Below, piece after piece: positions 51,767 through 64,000 of a DNA stretch of 64,000 bases. A program made the translations under genes and the position numbers. Each line of letters opens with the position of its first letter. The first letter of the stretch is position 1. Under the pieces are notes generated by a model, which saw nothing but the letters and a program-made list of their open reading frames with translations, was not told where the DNA came from and searched no databases. The stretch covers positions 2,336,001 through 2,400,000 of the forward strand of contig OY759729.1 of assembly GCA_963662585.1 (NCBI GenBank), given 5' to 3'. The stretch comes from Candidatus Cloacimonadales bacterium. Its GTDB lineage: Bacteria > Cloacimonadota > Cloacimonadia > Cloacimonadales > JAFGVF01.

Positions 51767-51899
51767 AGCAAAACCAATGCACGGAAGCAACAAACTTCTC
51801 GGAACTTGGATTAGATCTTTGAATAATTTTTAAAATTAAAAAGTTATAGAGTGAATGAATGAAGTAAACTTGCGAGAGACAGGAACACGATTTATATAA

Positions 51900-53439
<1,540 letters not shown>

Positions 53440-53547
53440 AAAGGAGAAATAGTTTCTTGATAAGTTTACTTTTTCATTCTATAACAAATATATAATACTA
53501 AAATTTTACAGTAAATAGAGTGCAATAGAGTGTGTATAATTAATTTT

Positions 53548-56662
<3,115 letters not shown>

Positions 56663-56811
56663 AATATTTTTTATATACACTCTATAGTCTCTTACTGTTT
56701 AACAACAGTAAGAGAAATGAAAAGTTAATAATTAAAAGTGAAAAATTATTAATAGTTCAAGCACACATAAATACTTAAAAAATTTTAATAATCATTTTTG
56801 ACAGGGGTCAA

Positions 56812-56929
56812 AGATGGTGGTAATAGCAGTGAGGATATACCTGTTCCCATTCCGAACACAGAAGTCAAGCTCACTCACGTCGATGATACTGCACTGGCAA
56901 CGGTGTGGGAAAGTAGATAGCCGCCATCT
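56812..56929 (+). rRNA. rrf: 5S rRNA
   Basis: ACCTGTTCCCATTCCGAACACAGAAGTCAAGC, GATGATACTG, GGGAAAGTAG; terminal helix gatggtgg/ccgccatc. Confidence 0.97.
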
Positions 56930-57020
56930 TTGACCCCTGTTTTTGCTACGCAAAATGAGGGGGAGACATAGTGAGGGGGAGAAATTTAGTATTGCTTCGC
57001 AATTAGAATTTAAACTTTCA

Positions 57021-57074
57021 ACAGGGGGAAAAGATGAACTACTTCAGTCCGCCATCTTTGACCCCTGCTTTTTT
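57021..57074 (+). terminator. rRNA operon terminator built from a copy of the 5S flanking stem
   Basis: acagggggaaaagatg...ccgccatctttgacccctgctttttt. Confidence 0.7.
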
Positions 57075-57208
57075 ATTATGGAGTGGAGACCTCTTCTATG
57101 GAGTGGAAGCGTCTCTGCTTCCACCCTGAAAAGACCATCATTTCAGGAGATTCAGGAAAACAAGCTTTACCATCTGCAGGCAGTGACGCCTACAGTCTAT
57201 AGGAGACT

Positions 57209-57239
57209 TCTTCAGTCGGACTGTGGAGATTCTCTCCGC
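57209..57239 (-). repeat. right arm of inverted repeat pair 3
   Basis: See 51160-51190. Confidence 0.9.
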
Positions 57240-57319
57240 CATCTTCAGTCGTAAGACTGAAGATAATAATAATTTTCCAAGTTTCGCAATGTGTTATCAA
57301 TAGCAGATTAAATTGTATC

Positions 57320-57500
57320 GTCCGAAGTCCCTTGCCTACGGCCGAGGAACTCCGGTCTTCAGCTATTTCTTTTGTCCGAAGTCCCTTGTCTAGGGCCGAG
57401 GAACTCCGGTCTTCAACTATTTATTTCGCCCGAAGTCCCTTGCCTACAGCTGAGGAACTCCAGTCTTCAGCTTGTCCACTATCCGACAGAAGAGAAGCAG
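57320..57500 (+). repeat. three tandem 54-bp palindromic units of the pair-1 repeat family, ending in ATCCGACAGAAGAG
   Basis: Units start at 57320, 57374 and 57428 (gtccgaagtcccttgcctacggccgaggaactccggtcttcag). Confidence 0.92.
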
Positions 57501-57548
57501 AGATGCTTTTATTCCATAAGCCTCATCTTTCGATATTACTTCAATCAT

Positions 57549-57600
57549 TGTCACTGGAAGTTTAAACTGGTACACTTTTAGAAGTCATAACTGGTACACT
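57549..57600 (+). mobile_element. solo IS21-like terminal sequence
   Basis: TGT start, then two 20-bp repeats gaagt-NNN-aactggtacact with 24-bp period; no transposase follows. Confidence 0.55.
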
Positions 57601-57968
57601 GTTGTAAATATCTTTCTCCCTCCAGTATTTAGGAGGGTTTGCATCCCTTGCTGACAAATGGCATCCCGCTGGGATTGATTTAAGACAAGATGTTTCTTAG
57701 GAGTTCTAAATTAACAATCAAAACTATTTTTAACTATTTTAAGCAAAAGTGACCAAATTTGTGAAAAGTTGACCCTAGATATAAGTGAGATAGTTAAAAT
57801 ATATTTAATATCTAATAGTCTCATATCTTGGGAAATTATCTTCAAACAATACATGAAAACTCTACCAATAACACAATATTATCTCCTATGAAGGCTAAAT
57901 TTAGCTAAGTTTTAGTGAGGTTAACTACACTATTTAGGCACTTTTAGGCCAAAAAACAAAAATAAATA

Positions 57969-58050
57969 TTAGCAGTCTAAGATTTTGTTTGACAGTTTTT
58001 CATATTATATTATTTTGTCATTATTAGCAGAAAGAATAAAAGATTGCTAA
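57969..58050 (+). promoter_or_regulatory. hrcA operon promoter with degenerate CIRCE operator(s)
   Basis: TTAGCAGAA-N9-GATTGCTAA at 58024-58050; TTAGCAGTC half-site at 57969; TTGACA 57989 and TATTTT 58011. Confidence 0.8.
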
Positions 58051-58059
58051 AGAGGTAAT

Positions 58060-59109
58060 ATGAAAAAGAATGAAATTAGACTCAATGTGACTTTAAAGAA
58101 TTTGATTGATGAGTATATTTTAAACAATGAAGAGATATCTTCTAGGATACTTTTTGAGAAGTATATGAAAGATGTCAGCTCAGCAACATTACGCATAGAT
58201 TTGAATAAATTAGAGCAGTGCGGTTACATTTGGCAACCTCATACTTCTGCAGGTAGAATACCAACTGTGAAAGGCTTTAAGAAGTATGTTGAGTTACTTT
58301 CTGAAGAATTGAAAGAACTGTCTTATCCTCGATTAGAGAATCTTAGAGAATTGCTTATTAATAACTATAAAGATACCCCCTTAGGCTTGCATTATATTAT
58401 ACAGATATTAGCTCAAGAATCAGATCAGCTCTCTTTTGTTGCTGAACCTGAAATTTCTAATGGTACTCTTTCCAATATAGATGTTTTTAATATTGGCAAT
58501 AACAAATTATTGTTTGTTGTTAGTTTAGATTCAGGAATGGATAAAACTGTCATTATCAATTGCAAATATGAGATTAATGAACAACAGCTAAAGAAGCTAG
58601 TCAAATATGTAAGAGATGAGTATCTTGGACTAAGAATTTACGACATTATCAATAAGTATCTATTAGAAATGATAGATAATAAAGAAGAACCAACAAGTCT
58701 TATGAATTTATTCTTAAACGAACTTCATAATGCATTAGTAGAGATTAGTGGATATTTTATTCACTTTGATGGTAATATGGCTTTTATCGAGCAACCTGAG
58801 TTTGATAATAAAGAAAATATAATGAAATTTTTCAATATAATTCAGAGACAGGACTTACTAATCAATGCTATGCAAGAACATGATGAAAATCGTGATTATG
58901 AAGTGCTTATGGGAGATACACTGAACGATGGCTTATGGCACGAATTTGTACTCATTTATGCTAAGTATGAATTGTTTGATATTCCAGGATATTTAGGAAT
59001 AGTAAGTCCTTTAAGAAACGATTATCGTAAGAATATCTCTATGGTAAGGGATATTGCTAAAACAATTACTGAAACTACACGCAGAGGTAGAATTGTTCCA
59101 AAGTTCTAA
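58060..59109 (+). CDS. hrcA: heat-inducible transcription repressor
   Basis: VSSATLR, QPHTSAGRIPT; located before grpE. Confidence 0.95.
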   Translation: MKKNEIRLNVTLKNLIDEYILNNEEISSRILFEKYMKDVSSATLRIDLNKLEQCGYIWQPHTSAGRIPTVKGFKKYVELLSEELKELSYPRLENLRELLINNYKDTPLGLHYIIQILAQESDQLSFVAEPEISNGTLSNIDVFNIGNNKLLFVVSLDSGMDKTVIINCKYEINEQQLKKLVKYVRDEYLGLRIYDIINKYLLEMIDNKEEPTSLMNLFLNELHNALVEISGYFIHFDGNMAFIEQPEFDNKENIMKFFNIIQRQDLLINAMQEHDENRDYEVLMGDTLNDGLWHEFVLIYAKYELFDIPGYLGIVSPLRNDYRKNISMVRDIAKTITETTRRGRIVPKF

Positions 59110-59120
59110 GGAGTTTTGAC

Positions 59121-59765
59121 ATGGCAAAAAAGAAAACTAAAAAGCAAAAAAAAGAAAAAAAAGAAATAAATAAGGATAAAGAAGCTAAGATGTCATTAGA
59201 AAAAGAAAAAAAAGAAGAAGATATTGAACTTCAAGATGAAGAGCTTGAAACAAGGGAAGAGCAAGCACCGGAAGAGGTCAATCGGGAAAAACAGTTAGAA
59301 GATGATATTGCTCACTGGAAAGATAAATATGTGAGATCAATGGCTGAATTTGAAAATTATCGTAAAAGAACAATGAAAGAGAAATCAGATTGGATTAAAA
59401 GTTCGAATGAAGGAATCTTGATACCTATCTGCGATATAATAGACAACTTTGAAAGAGCGATGGGGCAGATGAAAGATGATCATCATGAAGACCCATTTAT
59501 CAAAGGCATTGTTCAAATTAAACAACAGCTTGATAATTTACTTGTTAAAGAGCATGTTGAGAAGATAGAAGCAGAAGGAAAAGATTTTGATCCTGCAGTG
59601 CATGAAGCTTTGGCTCATATTCCTTCAGATTTAGAAGAAAACAAGATTGTAGCTGTGATTCAAAATGGCTACAAATTATATGATAAAGTAATAAGAACAG
59701 CGAGAGTAGCTGTTTCAAATGGACAAGCTGTCCCATCCCAATCAGAAGAAAATAATAAAGAATAA
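59121..59765 (+). CDS. grpE: nucleotide exchange factor GrpE
   Basis: AEFENYRKR, DNFERA, FDPAVHEA, QNGY.LYDKVIR. Confidence 0.97.
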   Translation: MAKKKTKKQKKEKKEINKDKEAKMSLEKEKKEEDIELQDEELETREEQAPEEVNREKQLEDDIAHWKDKYVRSMAEFENYRKRTMKEKSDWIKSSNEGILIPICDIIDNFERAMGQMKDDHHEDPFIKGIVQIKQQLDNLLVKEHVEKIEAEGKDFDPAVHEALAHIPSDLEENKIVAVIQNGYKLYDKVIRTARVAVSNGQAVPSQSEENNKE

Positions 59766-59779
59766 AGTGGAGGTAAGAA

Positions 59780-61732
59780 ATGGGAAAAATTATTGGTATA
59801 GACTTAGGAACAACTAATAGTTGTGTGGCTGTTGTAGAAGGTGGAAAAGCAGTTGTAATTACTAATGCAGAAGGTTCAAGAACAACCCCATCAGTAATTG
59901 GTTTTACAAAAGATGGAAATAGAGTGATTGGTAAATTAGCAAAGAACCAAGCTATCACAAACCCAAAAAACACCGTTTATTCTATAAAAAGATTTATGGG
60001 TAGAGGTTTTGATGAAGTATCAAACGAAATTACACAGGTTCCTTATAAAGTAATCTCTGGTGTAAGAAATCAAGCTGCTGTTCATATTGATGTGGAAAAC
60101 AAAGATTTTACTCCACAAGAAATCTCAGCTCTTATCTTAACAAAAATGAAAGAGACTGCTGAAGAGTATCTTGGTGAAAAAGTAACTGAAGCTGTGATTA
60201 CAGTTCCTGCTTACTTCAATGATGCTCAGCGTCAGGCTACCAAAGATGCTGGTAAAATTGCTGGTTTAGATGTAAAGAGAATCATTAATGAACCAACTGC
60301 TGCAGCTTTATCTTATGGTGTAGAAAACAAAAAAGAACAAAAAATTGCTGTTTATGACCTTGGTGGAGGTACTTTTGATATCTCTATCTTAGATATTTCT
60401 GATGGTGTTGTGGAAGTTCTTTCAACTAATGGTGATACTCACCTTGGTGGTGATGATTTTGATAAAAGAATCATTGATTGGATGCTTAATGAATTCAAGA
60501 AACAAGAAGGAATGGATTTATCAGGCGATGCAATGGCTATGCAAAGACTTAAAGAAGCTGCAGAGAAAGCTAAGATTGAACTTTCAGGAACTCAATCAAC
60601 AAATATTAATCTTCCTTTCATCACAGCAGATGCTTCAGGTCCTAAACATTTAAATCTTAACTTAAATAGAAGTGAATTTAATAGATTAGTTTCTGATCTT
60701 GTAGAAAGATCTTTAGACCCATGTAAAAAAGCTATGAAAGATGCAGGTATCTCACTTAATGAAATCAACGAAGTGTTATTAGTTGGTGGATCTACTCGTA
60801 TTCCTGCAGTTCAAGAAGCAGTTGAAGGATATTTTGGTAAAAAAGCTAATAAGAGTGTTAACCCTGATGAAGTTGTAGCTATTGGTGCTGCTATTCAAGG
60901 TGGTATTCTTGGTGGTGATTCTAATATGAATGATGTTCTTCTTCTTGATGTGACACCTCTTTCACTTGGTATAGAAACTTTAGGTGGAATCTCAACAGTT
61001 CTTATTCCTAGAAATACTACTATTCCTACTAAGAAGAGCCAAGTATTCTCTACAGCTGTTGATAACCAACCTGCTGTTGATATCAAAGTTCTTCAAGGTG
61101 AAAGAAAAATGGCTAATGATAATAAAGTTCTCGGAAACTTCCAGTTAGTTGGTATTGCTCCAGCACCTCGTGGCGTTCCTCAAATCGAAGTTACTTTTGA
61201 TATCGATGCTAACGGAATCATCAATGTAACTGCTTCTGATAAAGGTACTGGCAAAAAACATTCAATAAAGATTGACAGAGCAGGTACTCTCTCAGAAGAT
61301 GATATCGAAAAAATGGTCAAAGATGCTGAATTGCATGCTGATGAAGATAAGAAAAAAGCTGATGTAATTATTGCACGAAATGAATTAGATAGTGTTATTT
61401 TCTCAACAGAAAAAGCTATCAAAGACTACGGTGATAAAGTTTCTCCTGAAGAGAAAAAAGCTGCTGAAGAAGCAGTTGCAGAAGCAAAGAAAATTCATGA
61501 AAACGCTGGCTTAACTTCTGAAGAATACACTAAAGCTAAAGATGAACTAGCTCAAAAAGCTCAGAAGATTGGGGAAGCAATGTATGCAGACATGCAACAA
61601 CAGCAAGGTGCTCAAGGTGGAGTAAACCCTGAAGATTTTGCTCAACAACAGCAACAACAACAAGAAGAACAAAGTAATGACGGTCCTATGGATGCTGAAT
61701 ACGAAGTTGTTGATGACGAAGATGATAAATAA
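59780..61732 (+). CDS. dnaK: Hsp70 chaperone DnaK
   Basis: [29 protein letters not shown]. Confidence 0.99.
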   Translation: MGKIIGIDLGTTNSCVAVVEGGKAVVITNAEGSRTTPSVIGFTKDGNRVIGKLAKNQAITNPKNTVYSIKRFMGRGFDEVSNEITQVPYKVISGVRNQAAVHIDVENKDFTPQEISALILTKMKETAEEYLGEKVTEAVITVPAYFNDAQRQATKDAGKIAGLDVKRIINEPTAAALSYGVENKKEQKIAVYDLGGGTFDISILDISDGVVEVLSTNGDTHLGGDDFDKRIIDWMLNEFKKQEGMDLSGDAMAMQRLKEAAEKAKIELSGTQSTNINLPFITADASGPKHLNLNLNRSEFNRLVSDLVERSLDPCKKAMKDAGISLNEINEVLLVGGSTRIPAVQEAVEGYFGKKANKSVNPDEVVAIGAAIQGGILGGDSNMNDVLLLDVTPLSLGIETLGGISTVLIPRNTTIPTKKSQVFSTAVDNQPAVDIKVLQGERKMANDNKVLGNFQLVGIAPAPRGVPQIEVTFDIDANGIINVTASDKGTGKKHSIKIDRAGTLSEDDIEKMVKDAELHADEDKKKADVIIARNELDSVIFSTEKAIKDYGDKVSPEEKKAAEEAVAEAKKIHENAGLTSEEYTKAKDELAQKAQKIGEAMYADMQQQQGAQGGVNPEDFAQQQQQQQEEQSNDGPMDAEYEVVDDEDDK

Positions 61733-61745
61733 ATAAATATATAGT

Positions 61746-61778
61746 TATCAGAGAACGGTTAAAGGCCGTTCTCTGATA
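61746..61778 (+). terminator. hairpin between dnaK and dnaJ (partial terminator or mRNA stabiliser)
   Basis: tatcagagaacgg/ccgttctctgata 13-bp stem. Confidence 0.7.
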
Positions 61779-61858
61779 TTAACAAATCATTAATACAATG
61801 AATAATGATAAATAAATTGATGGTTTGTTTATCAATATTCATAAAGAAGTGAGGAAAG

Positions 61859-63025
61859 ATGGCAAAAAGAGATTATTATGAAGTTCTGGGAGTAGAAAAA
61901 AGTGCTTCCGACTCTGAGATAAAAAAAGCATATAGAAAATTAGCAATGAAGTACCATCCTGATAAAGCAGGAGATGATAAAGAGGCTGAAGAAAAGTTTA
62001 AGGAAGCCTCTGAAGCTTATGAAGTTTTAAGTGATTCTGATAAAAAAGCTCGTTATGACCAATATGGCCATGCCGGTTTAGAAGGTGCTTTTGGTCAAGG
62101 TGGATTTAATTGGAGTGACTTCACTCATGCCGGTGATTTCTCTGATCTATTTGGTGAAGGTGGTTTCTCCAGTATTTTTGAGCAGTTCTTTGGTGGCTTT
62201 GGTGGCGGCGGTGGTCGTGGAGCTAGTAGAGGTCAAAGAAAGAATCGTGGGGAAGACCTTCAATTAGAAATATCTATTTCCCTTAAAGAAGTTAATGATG
62301 GGGCTGAGAAAAAGCTTAAGATAAAAGTTAAAGATACGTGTGACACTTGTAATGGCTCTGGTTCTGCTGATGGTTCTACTGAGACTTGTAGCCAATGTAA
62401 TGGTCAAGGTCAAGTTCGCCAAGTAAGACAATCCTTGTTTGGCCAAATTCAGACCGTAGCTGAGTGTCCTACCTGTCATGGTAAAGGTAAAATTATTAAA
62501 AATAAGTGTTCTAAATGTACTGGTTCAGGTAGAGTTGATACCTTTAAAGAAATTAAAATTAAGATACCTGCTGGGATTGATGATGGACAGTACTTCCGTC
62601 TTAGAGGACAAGGTAATGTAGGACTCAACAATGGTGAGCGCGGTGATATAATAGTTTTAGTACATATAAAAGAAAATGACTTGTTTGAAAGAGATGGGGC
62701 AAACTTAATTCTAGAATATCCTATCAGTTTTTCTCAAGCTGCTTTAGGTGATGAAGTAAAAGTGCCAACAATTAATGGTAAGATAAAACTGAAAGTCCCT
62801 GAAGGAACCCAATCAGGAAAAGTTCTGAGATTAAGAGGGCAAGGATTACCTCATGTTAATTCTACTTATAAAGGTGATCTTTATATTAAATTAATGGTAA
62901 TTACTCCAACTAAACTATCTTCTCGTGAAAAAGAACTGCTCCAAGAACTTCAAACCTTTGATAGTGATAAAAAGATGAAACCAGGTAAAGGTTTCTTTGA
63001 TAAACTAAAAGAATTTTTATTCTAA
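61859..63025 (+). CDS. dnaJ: chaperone DnaJ
   Basis: J domain with HPD, G/F region, four CxxCxGxG repeats. Confidence 0.99.
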   Translation: MAKRDYYEVLGVEKSASDSEIKKAYRKLAMKYHPDKAGDDKEAEEKFKEASEAYEVLSDSDKKARYDQYGHAGLEGAFGQGGFNWSDFTHAGDFSDLFGEGGFSSIFEQFFGGFGGGGGRGASRGQRKNRGEDLQLEISISLKEVNDGAEKKLKIKVKDTCDTCNGSGSADGSTETCSQCNGQGQVRQVRQSLFGQIQTVAECPTCHGKGKIIKNKCSKCTGSGRVDTFKEIKIKIPAGIDDGQYFRLRGQGNVGLNNGERGDIIVLVHIKENDLFERDGANLILEYPISFSQAALGDEVKVPTINGKIKLKVPEGTQSGKVLRLRGQGLPHVNSTYKGDLYIKLMVITPTKLSSREKELLQELQTFDSDKKMKPGKGFFDKLKEFLF

Positions 63026-63042
63026 AATAAATATTATATTTT

Positions 63043-63079
63043 CCTTGCGGGAGTAATTTAGCTTTCGCAAGGATTTTTT
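63043..63079 (+). terminator. intrinsic terminator after dnaJ
   Basis: ccttgcgggag...ctttcgcaagg followed by atttttt. Confidence 0.65.
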
Positions 63080-63110
63080 ACTATAAGATTATATTTTATG
63101 AGGACTTAAT

Positions 63111-63827
63111 ATGTCATGTTTTTATACTCCAGAATTAGCTTCTAGCTCTAAAGAAATAACCATTATTGGTTCTGAACATCACCATATTACTAAAGTATTT
63201 CGTTTCAATGTGGGAAAAGAAATATTCCTAAACTCTGGGAATGGGCTTTATGCTAAAGCTCTTATCAGAGATATTCAGAAGAAATCCCTCACTTGTGAAA
63301 TAATAGAGTTTATACCAAGAGAAAAATACTCTCCAGATATCGCAGTAGCATTCTCTCTTTTAAGAAATAAAAATGATCACTTATTAGTGGAAAAATTAAC
63401 AGAGTTAGGTGTTGCGGAGTTCTTTCCCTTTGAATCAGAATATTCAGTAAGAAAAGCTTCTAATAATACTAGAGATAAATTTTTAATTACTGCTATCGAA
63501 GCAATAAAACAGTGTGATAATGGTTATCTTCCCATTGTTAATGAAACAAAAAACCTTAAAGCCCAATTAGCAGAGATTGAAAAGAAAAATTATAATATCT
63601 TAGTTGCTTCTGAAAAAGAGCTGTCTGTAAGCTTAAAGGATATTATTTCTAATAACTTAGATCAGCCTGTCTGTGTTGTGATAGGTCCTGAAGGTGGTTT
63701 TTCTCTTAAGGAGTTTGAATATTTTACTGATAGACAATATCAACAGTATAAGTTAGGAATTAATATTTTAAGAGCTGAGACTGCGGCAATCTGTGCTGTC
63801 TCTCAGATTATTAATATTTTACTTTAA
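63111..63827 (+). CDS. rsmE: 16S rRNA m3U1498 methyltransferase
   Basis: HHITKVFR, EKLTELGV, EAIKQC, IGPEGGFS, LRAETAA. Confidence 0.95.
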   Translation: MSCFYTPELASSSKEITIIGSEHHHITKVFRFNVGKEIFLNSGNGLYAKALIRDIQKKSLTCEIIEFIPREKYSPDIAVAFSLLRNKNDHLLVEKLTELGVAEFFPFESEYSVRKASNNTRDKFLITAIEAIKQCDNGYLPIVNETKNLKAQLAEIEKKNYNILVASEKELSVSLKDIISNNLDQPVCVVIGPEGGFSLKEFEYFTDRQYQQYKLGINILRAETAAICAVSQIINILL

Positions 63828-64000
63828 GGTATTTAGGTTTCTCACTTTACCTAAGAGAGCTGCCAAAGCAGGATAGATATCCATATTTTCAACTACCACA
63901 TTCTCGGGTACATTTAGTTTTTTGGGGGTGAAGTTCCAGATCCCTTGAATTCCAGCTTCTATCATTTCATTTGCTAACTTTTGGGAATTCTTGGCTGTTG
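63819..64000 (-). CDS. rex: C-terminal part of redox-sensing repressor Rex (runs off the window; not in the ORF track)
   Basis: Minus strand translates TAKNSQKLANEMIEAGIQGIWNFTPKKLNVPENVVVENMDIYPALAALL...*, the Rex C-terminal pattern; overlaps the rsmE stop. Confidence 0.85.
   Translation of the reverse strand, partial: TAKNSQKLANEMIEAGIQGIWNFTPKKLNVPENVVVENMDIYPALAALLGKVRNLNTLK

Noticed and set aside
53440..53547. tRNA in the 16S-23S spacer
   Set aside because: The spacer is ~108 nt, AT-rich and accounted for by processing stems; there is no cloverleaf.
57320..57480. CRISPR array
   Set aside because: The linkers are only ~11 nt and similar to each other, the repeats vary, and there are no cas genes.
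56943..57581. ORFs 56943..57254, 57332..57565 and 57372..57581 (also 18599..18793)
   Set aside because: They are translations of palindromic repeats; the 18-aa periodicity comes from the 54-bp unit.

Overview
AT-rich bacterial chromosome segment, probably Cloacimonadota (inferred from secreted proteins with an NYPNPFNP/FlgD-type tail, the PEGA/FGE protein and the overall gene mix; not database-checked). Contents: (1-9010) ABC exporter cluster, outer-membrane protein, LmtA-like methyltransferase and an OmpR-type two-component pair; a FadL-family porin followed by an apparently complete class-C-like group II intron (11518-13628) inserted at its terminator; a two-gene secreted module ending in a PEGA/FGE protein whose last ~130 nt look like a DGR variable region; a giant tandem DUF445 protein; an AbiE-type type IV toxin-antitoxin pair; housekeeping genes (xth, tsaD, recO, rqcH, queE, etfA); a full 16S-23S-5S operon with no spacer tRNA and a ~245-nt intervening sequence in 23S helix 45; and CIRCE-hrcA-grpE-dnaK-dnaJ-rsmE convergent on a partial rex. 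The most unusual signal is non-coding. Three separate cargo segments (the PEGA/FGE module, an SLC13 transporter and the entire rRNA operon) are each bracketed by an inverted repeat pair. All pairs share an inward-pointing ATCCGACAGAAGAG-like core but have pair-specific outer arms, and they sit in mosaics of REP-like palindromes. No transposase or recombinase is encoded in the window.
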